NCBI RefSeq assembly: GCF_009914755.1
Contig: NC_060927.1
Direction: 5' to 3' (one strand)
Origin: the human T2T-CHM13v2.0 reference genome, Homo sapiens
Length of the DNA stretch: 64,000 nt
Shown piece by piece: positions 1 to 16,667 of this stretch. The translations under genes and the position numbers were made by a program. Every line of letters starts with the position of its first letter. Position 1 is the first letter of the stretch. Below the pieces are notes generated by a model that saw nothing but the letters and a program-made list of their open reading frames with translations, made no database searches and had not been told where the DNA came from.

Positions 1-346
1 AGACAAGATCAGATTTTGGTTGCAATGAATGAAGAGTTCAGCAACTGAAAGAACAGGTATAGAAAAGATACTTTATAAATATTACATTTCTCTGCATATT
101 TCTTGTTTTACAGAAAATAAAATCCTATTAATTATAAACTGGTAGTTCAAATAAACTAAACTTGTAATATATACCAAGCAACAACAGGATAAAATTCTAT
201 CCATTAAAATATATATGTAGTTCTGTACCTCCCCCCACAACTCACTCCAGTTGGGGAAATTTATCATCTTCATGCTTGGAAACTGGTGAGCTAGAGAAAC
301 TAGATCTCTGGTTCTCTCCAGTGTCACTGCCTTGGCTAAATTCTGA

Positions 347-682
<336 letters not shown>

Positions 683-3544
683 CACTGTCCTTAATAGCAC
701 TATTTTTAATTGTTTAGGTCCCTCCCATTGACATAATTAGGTCAGAGGTTCTCTTTAATAAAACCTGAATCTACTGAGCATAGGTGCAATCTCTCAGCTT
801 ACAACTCATTCTTTTTTATCTCAGTCCCACTCATTTTGTTATTGTTTCTGATGCCTCTTAGAGCTTAGATCTATTAAAATGATTACAAATTCTAAATTAA
901 AATGTTTTAAAAGGTATATTTTCTCTAACAAATTCCATGTAGTACAATCTTTAATTTTAATTAAAAAATTCGAGTATTTTTAAACTTGAGATATTTTAAA
1001 CCCTACATACCATTTACAATTTAAGGCATAATAAGAACCTTTGGAGATGGTACACTGGTATAAAAAATCTATAAAAAATCATTGAAAAATATCTAACAAT
1101 AATTCGTGTAAAATGACAATAAAAGCATTAGAGAAAGCAAATTTTAATAAAAGAAATTTTTAGAAATAAAATACATATACATGCCTAACTTACTATATTA
1201 TTATAACAAATAATATTTCTTTTTCTGCATTTAAATTCTGTTACAAATCTATTTAAAACTATAAAAATAAGAAATTTGAGGGGATAAAGAAACACATAAA
1301 GAACCAAAAGTAGTCAAAAGCAAAAATAAGAAGCAAAAAGCAACACGTTCCACCAGCATTTCATCTGTATCTCCAATTAGTGTAGAAAGCTTTTCTTAGG
1401 GTTTGTTGGTTGAAGAATTTTTATCTTTTATCCTTTATAATAGAGTGTAATAAATGACAATTTTTCTTAATTGATTCAGCAGCCTTTGTCAAAGCATCTT
1501 ATGACATTATGAAAGGTTCTCTTCACTAAGCAAGCTCCATCATTTTTCTTATATTTAGGTCAGAAAAGAAGTAATAGTGAGAAGACAGGATTCCATCTTG
1601 GTATTATGGGTCAGATAAAATTATACCGGTAAAACTCTGTCCTTAAAGTAACTTTACAAAAGCCAGAAAAATATCTTAGAATTGTCATACAAGATGCATA
1701 CTGGTGATCTCAAATATCTTAAAAGCTAGTCAGGAGACACTTATCTAGAAAACTTGCTTTTACAGGCACATTTGAAGCCCTCTTTGTTCCCATAAAAGGT
1801 TTTACACATATTAAGCAGTCTCTCAAGGTCAAAAAATAAGGGTAGAAACTTAAGTCTGGTCACAACCTATCAAAGACACACAATGTAATCACTAGTATAA
1901 GTGATACAGGTTAGCTTAATTACCAAGTATACTTAATAATGGAATATGATACCATACATAAATTACCATATGGCAATAGAAAAGAGCTTATTAGAGCAAT
2001 TAGCTCTAGATATTCAATTTGCCTCTAGGTTACTTGGTTATTCAAAGAGTTGGAGAATGGAAAAACGGAGACCCATGAAATAAAAAATCCAAGGATAAGA
2101 AAGGAAGGAGAGAAATCTGAATATTAAAGATTAACTTAATTCTAGGATGTTTTACCCACATTTAACTATTATTTCTTAGTAAGTCCTGAAAAATTCTCCT
2201 TCAAGCTTTAGAACCTATAGTTTTGATTGGAGGGTAGAAATTACTTTCCTTCCAATCTAAATGTATTCTGCCAACAGACTGGAAGGCAATGTCAGTTTTA
2301 AAGTATTATCACTGTTACTAAACCACATAGTTTAAAGAAGGCATTCCTTTGTTTTACTGTGATTTAAAAACAACTCTGACTAAATATATTTCTGGGAAAG
2401 TTTTATTTTTCCTGACCCTTGTTAGATGGTATTTTGTAATTATAAAGTTTTGGGGTAATATTAAATATTCGTTTTTCCTGTATACTTATGTTCAAAGAAC
2501 CACAACCACTGTAAAGTCACAGTTTTATCAGGCTTTCCTTAGAGAATGTTCATATAACCTGAAGTTGATCAAGTCTGGTTAGTGACTTTAAGACCGGGAT
2601 TGGCAAAGGGTTGTGTTGTTTAAGATATACAACCAAAAGAAAGGATATTTACTACCTTTTTATATATATATACCTAGAATGGCAAATATAGCTGAGGTGA
2701 AGGTATGTTCTATCATGAACTATTTTGGCCTATCAGTTTTCAGCGCATCAGTATTTCTCAGGTATCTAGCATATTTTGTTTCAATCGCCTCAATTCTTAT
2801 TTAGAAATATACATTTTTAAAACTATGAATTTAGTGACATATTTACAAAAATTTAGAAATATGCATAGCAATCTTTAATAAACTGTTCTAATAAATACAA
2901 ATTTAAAAATAAAGTCTTAGTTGCAGAGTTAAAATTATGATTAAAATTTCTTCTATGTTATATATTTTGGAAGTATTTAAAAACTCATTGTAAATACTTC
3001 TCATTAGAAGGTAAATACTTTGGAAGTATTAAAACTACTCAAATATGTTGAATAAATATGACATCATTTGTTTTTTGGTTGTTTTCATTAGTCCCATATA
3101 TTTACTAGGTTCCAAAACACCAGTGAAAGAAGCCATCTAATTGAAAGAAATTTCAAACTGTGGCCAGGATTTTTGGAAGGAACAAAAAGAGACATCCTGG
3201 TCTATGTTTAAAATTACATTTCCAAATATATATGTAATAGTCCTTTAGCTACAGTATATCAAGACCATATTGGAAATCATTGGTTTCTCAAACCTCATAT
3301 GTCCATTATATTTAAAAGTTTCACAATCAAGTCTCTATGTAACTATTTACGTGACTGGAACGCTATTTCCTGTGTGTGAAAAGTACCAGTAAACAAAAAC
3401 ACGAAAGCAAAAGCTGAGTTGCCTAATTTTTTTTTTCAACTGTGCCATTTGCATTGGGTAAGAATACTGGATGTTTCATTATTAATCCCACATGTCTGGT
3501 CATTTTAAAGTAGATTTAGATTCAGAAATTTAAAAATTTATAAT

Positions 3545-4967
<1,423 letters not shown>

Positions 4968-4974
4968 TCTGACA

Positions 4975-5180
4975 TTATTTTAATTAAACTATTTATTTTG
5001 AGATAATTGTACCTTCACATACAGTTGTAAGAAATAATACAAAGAGCTCCTCAGTACCCAGCAGTTTTCCCCAATGGTAACATCCTGCAAAACTACAGTC
5101 CAATGTCACTACCATGATATGTTCCATTACCATAAAGATCCTTTCCATGCCCTTTTATAGCCATATTCATTTCCTTTCTC
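4975..5180 (-). mobile_element. L1MC/L1MB-type 3' end
   Basis: tttgagataattgta...cagttgtaagaaataatac...ccccaatggtaacatcctgcaaaact resembles an antisense L1M 3' UTR. Confidence 0.65.
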
Positions 5181-5640
5181 CCTTTTCTTGTTAGTCTTGC
5201 TAGTGTCTGTCAATTTAATTGACCTTTTCAAAGAAACAACTCATTTCATTTATTTTCTGTTATTGTTTTCAATTATATTAGTTTTAACTCATATTTATTA
5301 TTTCCTGCCTTCTACTTTTATTTTACTTTTCTTTTTCCATGTTCTTGGCATAACATTTCCCCTATTTTTATTTACCTTATTATTGGAAATGTATTATTTC
5401 TCATTTCATGTCATAAAAAACACTGTGATAAACATATCTATACATGGACTTTTATTCTACTGATGCACTTAGTATGTTTATATGCTTAAAAGTAAAATTA
5501 TGAGTCAAATAATCCAATTGGTCAGATTTCTGACTTACCCTCCCTATTGCCTCCTAAATGATTATATCAACATTGAGCAAAATTTTCTCTAATCTTTATC
5601 AATCTAAATGAAAATTATATTATGCTACTTAATTTGTATA

Positions 5641-5900
5641 TTTCTTTCCTTTTTTTTTATTTTTTTATTTTTTAGAGACAGGGTCTACTCCCAGGTCTCT
5701 GGGACTACAGGTGTGCACCACCATACCTGGCTAATTTTTTCTTTTTTTTCTTTCCTTTTTCTTTCTTTTTTTATTTTTATTTTTTGGGTAGAGACAAGGG
5801 TCTCACTACCTTGCCCCCAGCCTGATCTCAAACTCCTGGCCTCAAGATATCTTCCCGCCACGACCTCTCAAAGCGCTGCGATTATAAGCATGAGCCACCT
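5641..5900 (-). mobile_element. AluJ, internally deleted
   Basis: gagacagggtct...gggactacaggtgtgcaccacc...ctcaaactcctggcctcaag. Confidence 0.8.
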
Positions 5901-6161
5901 AATTTCTGTTTCTTTAAATGTTTGAATAGCTGAAAGTTTTCACTATATGTACTGGCCATTGTTAATTTTTCCTTATGATTTGTTGTTTCATTTTACTGTT
6001 CTACTTAATGGATTAGTGATTTCTTACCAAATTTAGGACTCTATATATAAAAAATAAAAATTAGTATTTTATTCTTCATATTATTTCTTTATGTATGTTA
6101 AATTTTTTAAACCAATTTAAAAATCATAAGGAAAAATTTACATTGAATTTTATTGGACTAA

Positions 6162-6238
6162 TTTTTTTTTTTAATTTAACAGAGTTTAATCGAGCAAAGA
6201 ACAACACAAGAATCAGGCAGCACCACCACCCCCTCCCC
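6162..6238 (-). mobile_element. Short polyadenylated MER57-type LTR 3'-end fragment (retrocopy)
   Basis: Minus strand reads gctgcctgattc..ttctttgctcgATTAAActctgttaaatt-A11, similar to 28955-29004; imperfect flanking repeat GGACT..AA.TTTT. Confidence 0.65.
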
Positions 6239-8059
6239 GGACTGAAATTTTGAAGTAGTCAAATTTCCAGCTTACCATCTAGAATGTCTTCACTGATATT
6301 CTTACAAAATCTATCGTCATTGGAAGATAGGCTATTCATGTATGTTTTCTACTAATTATTTAGAGTTGTAATTGTTTCATTCTTATTACTTGATGTTCCT
6401 TAAAATAGCAACAAAATTTTCACCATATCATATTTTGAATAATCAGATCCTTGTATTACTGGTTTGTGATCTTTCCTTCTTTTGTTTTTCTTTCCTTCCC
6501 ATTCATCCATCTTCTCATGTACTCAAAAATTATTTGCTGAGTGTTTACCACATGCCAGGTTCAGTTTAGGGAGGCATTTGAGATATATTAATGAATAAGA
6601 CAGACAAACTCCTTGCTGTCACAGATTTTACATGCCAAAATTCAAGGCTATTGTATGTCTATGAAAAACTGAATGTTTTATGACTATACAAGGCTATTCT
6701 CTGTTTCTTTCAATGCTTTTCTTTGAAGTATATTATCTTGATATTACAGTTGCTGTCCCTGTAATCCTTTTACCAAGCTACATCATTTATTTTAGCTGCC
6801 TCTTCTAAGAAGCATATAGTTGGATATTGTCTATAAAGCCAGTCAATAATTTTTGCCTTTTACTAGGTAAGTTTAAAGCATTTATGTATAGTACCATAAC
6901 TAACGTTTGATAGCTTTGTCATCATCTATTATGCTTCCTTTGTAAATAATCTTGTTACTTTCTTTTGTTATTCTTCTCATTGCTGCTTCTTATTATGAGT
7001 CTTATTAATAGCCAGGAATTTTGCACTGAGCACATAAAAATTAGTAACAATGAACACTGATTGAGTGCTTACAACGTGCCAGGTATTGTACTCTATATGA
7101 TTTTTTTCATTTAATCGTCACAATGCTATTGCATAAACATCTTTTATGAGCATTTTTTAAAACATTTACTTAGTGATTAGAAACATCAATAATATATTTA
7201 TTTCATGTGTACTGATGAATTATGTAAACTTCCATACTTCCTTCCCTCTTTAAATTATTCACTAGAATTAAGTAGACTTAAGATACAAATAATGATTTAA
7301 ATTATTTTCACTGCTATTGGCATGATTATTTTTGACAATTGCTTTCAGTTATTTAGACTTAATCATATCTTACTGGTTACATTGCTTTCCAGTAGTCCTC
7401 TTACACTTGTTTTCCTCTTGCTTGAATTATTGATTTTTGTTCGCCTCTCAGTGGGAAAAGCATATTTTTATCTAGAAAGGCATGTGGATGGTACCCTTCC
7501 TAAGCTAGTGCATGCGTAACTCAGCACTTTTCCTTCTTGGCCTTTGACTATGCTAAAATACATGGTCACTTTGTCAGTAAAGGTTGTTTCTCCCACTTCA
7601 TCAATTAACCCTTTGTAGGTCAAGTTTAAGATTAAAGTAGCAGATCCCCATCCCCAAGCTTCCTTAATTTTTTATCCAGTAGTCTGACTTAAATAAGGCC
7701 AGAATTGGACTCCGACAAGGAAATTTAAGCCTTCAGGCTATGGCTTATTGTTTTAGCTATACATTTGCTGGGGGCACATCCTGTGTGAAAGATCTGGAGC
7801 TCATTTATTCCTGATTTGGGGCATGGCTGTGGACCTTAGGCTCTCCAGGGGCCTTGATTTTCTATTCCTTCCTTTTAAGGCTGGTTTCTAATCAGTACTA
7901 ACAAGACTCCTGATTCTGGGCCTTGTACCTAGCCTGGGTCTTTGATATCTGGTGAAACTGAATTTGGCTCATGGTCCAATGTGACACATAAAACCTTCAG
8001 ATGCCTCAGCTTTCTACCACACTTATAGTCCTAGTCAAATTAAACTGTGAATATTAGCT

Positions 8060-8590
8060 CAAGAGTTCAAAGCCTGGCTCAGCTTCTTGGTAACTATTTA
8101 ATCTAAATAAGGCTTTATAATCCTTCATTTCCTCATCAACAAAATGGGGATAATAACAGTACCTATTTCTATGTGTTATTAGGTTAAATAAGATAAAGCC
8201 TTTTGGCCAGGTGTGCTGGCTCACACCTGTAATCTCAGCACTTTGGGAGGCCAAGGCAGGCAGATCACCTGAGCTTATGAGTTTGAGATCAACCTGGGCA
8301 ACATAGTGAAACCTTGTCTTTACCAAAAATACAAAAAATTAGCTGGGCATGGTGACAGGTGCCTGTGGTCCCAGCTACTTGGAAGGCTAAGGTGGGAGGA
8401 TCCCTTGAGCCTGGGAGGTTGGAGGCTGCAGTGAGCTGAGATCACACCGCTGCGCTCCAGCCTGAGTGACAGAGCGAGACCCCCTCTCAAACAAACAAAC
8501 AAAAAAAAACAAAAAAACAAAAAACAAACAAAAAAAAGGATAAAGCCTTTAGCACAATGCCTAGCCCTCAGGAAATAATAAATATAATAA
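8060..8590 (+). mobile_element. MIR split by an Alu
   Basis: MIR core tttcctcatcaacaaaatggggataataacagtacc before the Alu; MIR tail agcacaatgcctag after it. Confidence 0.7.
8205..8537 (+). mobile_element. Alu (J-like) with 12-bp TSD GATAAAGCCTTT
   Basis: TSD at 8192-8203 and 8539-8550; (AAAC)n tail. Confidence 0.95.
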
Positions 8591-9773
8591 ATTATGAGTC
8601 ATTATTTCAAATATTTAATTATTCTTCCCCATAATTCTTAATCAGTGATCATTCTTCATGTATAAGGGGAAAAACTCCTACTTTCTGAAAAATAATAATT
8701 CTGGGAAAACATTCAGTAGTGTATGAAAGCAAGCTATCATTGGATCGTCACTTTCTAATCCTTCATATTTCATGTATTATGTTTAATGTATAATATAAAG
8801 CTCATTGAAAAGAAAGGAATATCTCAATTGTTAACTGTGTTTAGGAAGTTCTTAAACTGTTGAGAGATATAATCTTTTAGGTGGATAATTACACTGACTT
8901 CTGATGACTGAGAGTTACTTTTTTACCAATATGTTTATACTTCAAATATAGGTTAAAAAAAAACTTGGCATTCAACATAATTATACTATGATATGTTAGA
9001 AACAATATACTATGACATATTTTAAAATTATATCAATAATTTGGCAGATTAGTAATCAATAACCAAGAATCTCCCCAATTAAATTACAATAAACTGCACG
9101 GTAAAACAACTGCTAATCCAGATAATAGAAAACAGACATGGAAGATATATAATAAGCATTTGGGGGATATGGAATTTATCCCATGAGTGTTGTAAAGAGC
9201 TCATAATTTAACAGTGACGAAGCCCAAGCGTGTTATGAGGGTCTTTCCTCAAAAGTGACATTAATTGCATATCCCACAGATGCCTATTATGTACTCTATT
9301 GATATCAAAGTATAAAATACAGTAAAAAGTTTACAGATTCAATACATTTAAAAGTGATAATAAAACAGTTATTCTGGCCTACTAAAACTGTTAAACTTCA
9401 AATTTTAGTCTCTTTATAATAAAAGAATGCTGTAGTAGCATTGAATCTCTATATAAATCTGCTCTAAGTTAGAGTTTTTTGAACTCACAACATGATGTGT
9501 GATCAGTGATAGAATTGTAACGCAAATATTTTAGATGCTTTTGCACAAAAATAATCCCCAAGTGATGAAATCTCAGGACATTCTTATGCTTATACTAAAA
9601 AATACCACAAAAATGACTCTTAAAAAATTACCTTGGAAAGCTGGAAATGATGCAGTCAATATTTTACTTTGCAAATTGGTCAGTATGTATTGACAGGTTT
9701 ATAGAACCTAATTTTTTTAAGTGCAATACCAATCAATAATTGGCAAACAAAAGACAACTCAATATGTTAATTA

Positions 9774-10073
9774 GGCTGGGCGCAGTGGCTCACACGTGTA
9801 ACCCCAGCACTTTGGGAAGCCCGGGCGGGCAGATCACTCAAGGTCAGGAGTTTGAGACCTGCCTATCCAATGTGGTGAAACCCCATCTCTACTGAAAATA
9901 CAAAAATTAGCCAGGTGTGGTGGTGGGCGTCTATAATCCTAGCTACTCAGGAGGCTGAGGCAGGATAATTGCTTGAACCCGGGAGGCAGAAGCTGCAGTG
10001 AGCCAAGATTGCACCACTGCACACCAGCCTAGGCAACAGAGCAAGACACCCTCTCAAAAAAAAAAGAAAAAAG
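9774..10073 (+). mobile_element. AluS with TSD ATGTTAATTA
   Basis: TSD at 9764-9773 and 10074-10083. Confidence 0.95.
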
Positions 10074-11599
10074 ATGTTAATTATTTATTCGAATTATAGT
10101 AAGAGAAACTTCATTCTATGTGCAACAGAAGGAACTTTCATAAAATTAATGAAAAACATAATATAAATTACCTTTAGGATATATTATTTTATAAAATCAC
10201 TTATGTTGAACATTTAATTGCGGATTTAATTTTATTTAACCTAAAATACAGGTAGTAAATTGATTTAAAACTTGCTAACAAAAAATTTTTAATCATCCAG
10301 AAGATAATACAGTTAAATATATAAGTAACAGCATTAAATAAGCAAACTGTTATATAATATTCAAGATTTCATGTGGACTTATTCACATGTCAAGATAAAT
10401 GTCATCAATTTATATAAAACTAGGATCATGTAATTTAGAATGAGATTATCAAATTTTAGTGCAAGTAATAGTTTTGTACTATTTGTTAATTCTAATTTTG
10501 TTAAGTACATCTATTAGCAAAATGCAGCAAGTGTACATACTTAGGGCACATCTCCCACCTCAGGAGATATTAACATATATTCTCTTGGAAAAACTGGTTT
10601 TAAAAATAATTGCAAAATTTAGTGACAAATATAACCATAATACAGACTAGATTTAAGTAATTTGATGTTCCATGCAACTGTTAAAAATTTTGACTAAAAG
10701 TAGAAATTGGACTCTACATGGGGCTTAATTTAATCTTGCTAACACTTTTCCCCCATGTAAATATATATTTATGATTTACTCCTCTTTCCATACAAGCTGT
10801 TGGTAATGATAACATTTTGCCATTGGCTCATTCATTATTGACATTTTTATTATAATTTCTAATATTTTACTTTTATTTTTTATTTTCTTTTTAAATTTTT
10901 CATTTTTACTATAATTTATAATTTTCTTGAAACATTTTACTTTACAAAAAAATTTGTTTTGTTTGAAAATTAAAATTCTATAAAATATCTGGCATGCAAA
11001 AGCACACTTTAGATGACACCATTATGAATTATTATGTAATCTGAGAAAGCAGTTTCATTAACTAAAAAGAGATTATTTTACATCTGCCCCTTGGTGATAT
11101 TTACTCAAACCACTGTCTATATTTTCAAGTATTAATTCTGAATGTAAAACTAAATTAACAACTTTCTTCTAAAAGGAATAAACAGTAGCACAGCAATTAC
11201 TTAGATTAAGATATTTGTGTGATACAGAATAAGATATTTTAATTCATTTCCATGAGATACAAAACTATAATATTAAATTCTAGAACATAAAATTATTCTG
11301 CCAAACTATATGATCATTTCTAAAAGTTTACTCCCAACTTCTATAGCATCACTTTAGAAAGCAGTGGTCTAAAACACGGCTATTATAAGTTTGCAGGTAA
11401 GAGAAGCACATAGGCTCTAGTGAAAAGAAAAAAAAAGTCAAAGACAGAGTTGGAAGGGCTAACTAATGATTCACACAGGACATCATATTCACATAGCCAT
11501 GACATTCTAATTAAGTAATGGTAATGACAAATAATGATAATAAAGGCATGTCAAAACATACATTAAATGTATACTACATACTGAGTACTACTTTTTTTT

Positions 11600-11690
11600 G
11601 TATATTATGATTTAATTCTCACAGGCACCCTATGAAGTAGGTACCATTATTTTTAATTTCCATTTCACAGATGAAAAAACAAAGGCTGTT
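11600..11690 (-). mobile_element. MIR fragment
   Basis: ctcacaggcaccctatgaagtaggtaccattatt...ccatttcacagatgaaaaaac. Confidence 0.65.
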
Positions 11691-11720
11691 TCATTTCAGA
11701 GCCTATGCTTCTATCTACCG

Positions 11721-11845
11721 TTATTATTAGAGATGGGGGTCTTGCTATGTTGCCCAGGATGGACTCGAACTCCTGGGTCAAGCGATCCTCCTGCCTCAGA
11801 CTCCCGAGCAGGGTGGGATTACAGGCATGTGCCACCATGCCTGGC
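11721..11845 (-). mobile_element. FLAM / Alu monomer
   Basis: Single antisense left-arm-like unit. Confidence 0.85.
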
Positions 11846-13265
11846 TTACACTGTTTTTTGACCCAAAGTTTCTAATAGTCATTAATAGAAAATACATAGA
11901 TGGGTAGTACAGATGGTAGTACAGCTTAGGGATATAAGAAAATTCAAGCACTCTGGCCTTTCATGTGCTCCATAAATAGTAATAACAAAACCAAATTAAT
12001 ATGTGAAATAGGTAAATAAAATCCTTGCATTATAAAATGTAATAGAGGCCAGTTGAGATGAGTAATCTATTCTTCAAAGATTAAAAAATACATATTTTAA
12101 AAAATAATACAGATGAGATTCTATTAAAATATAATGAGCTAAATGAGGTAGCTATGATTATTGCAAGACCTGGTATTTTCAGTATTGCTGATAATGTTGG
12201 AGAGATTAAGAATAATTATGTCATGGATCATGGAATTTTAATGGGAAGGTACTGGTCAAAATGCCAAAGAAATTCTATAAATTATTCTGATAAAGATGAA
12301 ACTAACCCCTGAAACTAACTGAAGGAAACTAACATCTGAAAAGGAAACAGAAACACTCTGGTTATAAATTATTGCACCCAAGCCCACGCCATCACCACTG
12401 CAACATCAAGCACCGGTTTGGGCAAGAAGGCAAAAAATTATAAAGCATTTCAAAGAAATGATAAACATGTTCAACATCAACTTCTTTCCCCAATATTTAA
12501 AACCAATTTCTGGATCTTAGCAAGCAATTTTTGAGGGTGTAAAATGTGCTTTTGTATTTGGATATACCAATTATTTGCACAGTGGAGAGGAATATAAAAA
12601 TTTAACTCCTGACCTTGTTACTAGCTCTTTCAAATAAATTTTTATGTCTATAATCATAAATGTATTAGTTAGACTTTCAAATGTACATAGCAATTCATTA
12701 ATAACCTGCATTGCTGCCCAATACCACATGTCACACACAATTTTCTCATTTCCAGTGGAAATAATGAAGCTGCTCTCAATGATGAGGTTAAGCTAAAGTA
12801 AGAAAAAGGAAAACATGCAGCGTTAAAACAGAAAAGCAGACTTCTTCAGTCACAGTTCAGGGCTTCCAGAGAAGAAAAACAGCTGAGAGTTATTATTCAT
12901 GGAAGACTCTGTATAAAATGAGAATATAAACAAAACACTATTCTCTTTTCTGGGTTAAATAAACAGACCCTGCTCTGGGTGACTTGTTTGAGATTCTCTG
13001 CAATTGAAATAATGAATTCACATTTATTGAGCATCTACTAAGTACACCTCAATAAAAAAATTGCCTCAATTTTGCATGTTCTACCTAATGGAGAGTCAAG
13101 CTTTACATAAAGTATCTACCAAGAAACTGCCTAGCACTACATATAAATGTTCTACTATTTCAATATAGAGAACCCTTTTGTCTGTAGCAGTGCATAGATA
13201 ATTCACATTTACTAAAATCACTATTTTTTAATTTGCATACACACCTTATAAGCCACTGAAAAAAT

Positions 13266-13292
13266 ACACACACACACACACACACACACACA
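13266..13292. repeat. (CA)n microsatellite
   Basis: Direct reading. Confidence 0.95.
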
Positions 13293-13505
13293 TGCACACC
13301 CACCCCTAAGGAGTGAGCATCTCCCTGTTCTGCTATGACATGTTACAGAAGTTATGTGGCTGAAGAAAATTAATACATTATGGTCATTATGGTCCCTGAG
13401 AGGCATCTATCTTACTTACAGGAATCTACGTCTGAGGGTAGAACAAAAGATGATCATATGATATAATGGAAAGAACATGAATATTTTATTGTATTGTTAG
13501 GATTT

Positions 13506-13659
13506 GGGGCTGGCTCCATGCATGTACGACTCATACAACTTCTTGGAATGCTTGGTTCAATGATCTGCTGTTACCAGCTTGAAATTCTTACTAATTTTTT
13601 CAAAGGGGCCTTGCATCTTTCTTTTGCACTGAGCTCTGCAAATTATGTAGCCAATCCTA
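13506..13659 (+). mobile_element. MER91A-like hAT-Tip100 MITE
   Basis: ggggctggctccatg...cttgaaattcttactaatttttt...ttttgcactgagctctgcaaattatgtagcc. Confidence 0.7.
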
Positions 13660-13965
13660 AATAATTATGGCTCTGAGTTATGATTTCACTGTGAAATATG
13701 TGTAAACTAAACCTGAGCCTTAACTTCTTCATCTCTAATAAAGGAATAATACCCAATTTACAGGGTTGGTATTACAAAGAGTATTAGATGAGATACCATA
13801 CACAGGTGAAAGTGATAAGCACTGAGCATGCACATAGACACACAAAAGAGATGTGAAATAAAATGGAGAAGGAACAGTTGTTATTTTTAAGGATCCGAGC
13901 ACATAGAAATTTACATATCATTAGAAACTACTATATAATTAGATGTAGTTGAAATTGAAACTTTA

Positions 13966-14444
<479 letters not shown>

Positions 14445-15094
14445 CTAAAAACAGAAAAATTGAACATGTATTATTTAAATATGAAATTAATAAATATATG
14501 GATGTCATTCTTTATCAATGACAGTTTAAACAAGAAGTCTTATTATCTGCCTACTACTCATTCTTAAAAAAAGGTGAGAGCACCATGAAATAATTAAAAT
14601 AGGAAGATGAAAAAGGGATTCACTAGAAATACTTTTTAGGAATATATTATTCATTCATATATAAGGGTAATTAAGACGAATGTTCAAAAGTCACATCTAT
14701 TATGTTCCTTGATAAAAATGAATGTCTTTCTTTGTGTTGTCTAAGCCACTTTTATAAAGCTGACTCAGTAATATCAATACAATTAGGTAAAATCAAGAAC
14801 TGATAACCCTCACAGTTTAGTCACTGAGTTTCTCACCTAGCGTGACTCAGTTATAAAATACAAAATGACCACTATTAAGAAATGATCAGTGTTTAAATGT
14901 GTTCAAATACTCTGCTCAAAATGTTGATGTTCATATAAGTCTATGACTTCATCACATAACTTGCCAAGAACAAAAGGTTATTATTCCAAAAATATAAAGT
15001 AGTTTGCCAAATACGCTTACAGTAGCTTTTACCTTCTACAACCCTTTTAGAATATAACATATTGGTATATGAAGAAATACTTTATCACCTAGTG

Positions 15095-15426
15095 TAGGGG
15101 TCAGCAAACCTTCCCTGTAAACAGCCAGAGAGTAAATATTTTAGGCTTTACGAGTCATACAGTCTGTGCTGCAACTCTGCCACTGTAATGATCATGCAGC
15201 CACAGACAATAAGTAAACAAATAGGAATGACTGTGTTCCAAAACATTTTATTTAAGGGCATGGAAACTTAAATTTCATATTCTTTTCACATGTTACAAAA
15301 TACTATTCTTCTTTTGACAGTTTTCTAACCATTTAAAAATGTTAAAAACCACTCTTAACTCATAAGATGTATAAAAACAGATGGTAGGCCAAATTTGACC
15401 TACAGGCAGTAGGATGCCAACCTCTG
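15095..15426 (+). mobile_element. MER58B-like hAT-Charlie MITE
   Basis: Termini taggggtcagcaaac ... gccaacctctg; about 330 bp. Confidence 0.8.
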
Positions 15427-15693
15427 AGCTGGCCAAAGGCATGAAAAACATCGATTAACTATTTCATTTTTTAAGAGATGGAATGAAGTGACTGAGTAAT
15501 AATGGTTTCTAACCAGAAAGCAATTAATTATACCAATATAAAGGAAATAAGCCATACTGGAAACAATATACCAAGTTCTTTAACAGTATCCATTGCCAGA
15601 AGAATTTGTGATTTTTCCAATATTGTGTAATATAATGAGACAACCATAATGATCACTAAGATAGCATGAAGGTTAGTTTGAAAATATAGTTAA

Positions 15694-16218
15694 CTCAGCA
15701 ATTCCACTTCTAGGTATATAACAAGAGAAATGAACACATGTTCATACAAAGCTTGTATATAAATGCTCAAAGTTATTCACAATAGCCAAAAGTGAAAATA
15801 ACCCAAATGTCCATCGACTGATGTATGGATAAACAAAATGTGGTATATCTATATAATGCAATATTTTTCAGGCATAAAAAGAAATACTGGTACATGCCAC
15901 AATATGAACACTGAAAACACTATGCTAAGTGAAAGGAGTCAGTCACAAATGGCAGTGTATTATATGATTCCACTTATATGAAATATCCAGAATCAGCAAG
16001 TCCATAGAGACAGAAAGTATATTAGTGATGCCAGGGCCTGTAGGAACAGGGAAATGGAGAGTGACTGTTAATGGACATGCAGTTTTCTTTTTGGGTGATT
16101 AAAAAAATGTTTTGGAATTAGATAGCAGGGATGTTTGCCTGCTAACCCTATAAATATACTAAAAACCATTAAAAGTTTAATAGGTACAAGTTATGCTATG
16201 TGAATTATATAAAAATTT
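15694..16218 (+). mobile_element. L1MB-type 3' fragment with 13-bp TSD
   Basis: cagcaattccacttctagg...cccaaatgtccatc...atagagacagaaag; AAAATATAGTTAA on both sides. Confidence 0.85.
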
Positions 16219-16667
16219 AAAATATAGTTAAAAATATGAATAAGAGGAAGAGTAAGAGTAAGGGATATTGATGCTAAATGTATGAATTCAATAGCAACGC
16301 ACTGGTAAAAGCAAAACAACCTATTTGACACAGATTCTACCTATGCACTTCAGTAATAATGTGTATACCAACTAACTAGGGTAGCAAGAGAAATATAATA
16401 ATTTTGTAACGAAGCACTTATGCTGCTTGATTAATATACACACATATAAAATGTATTTATATGAAATTTTTACAATTGCCTTTGTGTATCTGCCAATATG
16501 ATTAGAAATATACTTAGATCCCCAGGCTCAATCTTATTCCATAGGTAATTTCATTTTGGTTACAGCAATAATAAAGGCTATATACTATTCTTTGGTTACA
16601 TGTTGTTATTTATTGAAAGCATTTGCTCCATAGCATATACTGAAAAGATCTGTACTATAAGATTTAC

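Noticed and set aside
12298-12333. Three GAAACTAAC repeats (QKI/branchpoint-like ACTAAC)
   Set aside because: They lie on the plus strand, antisense to the TBC1D5 pre-mRNA; more likely a small degenerate tandem repeat.
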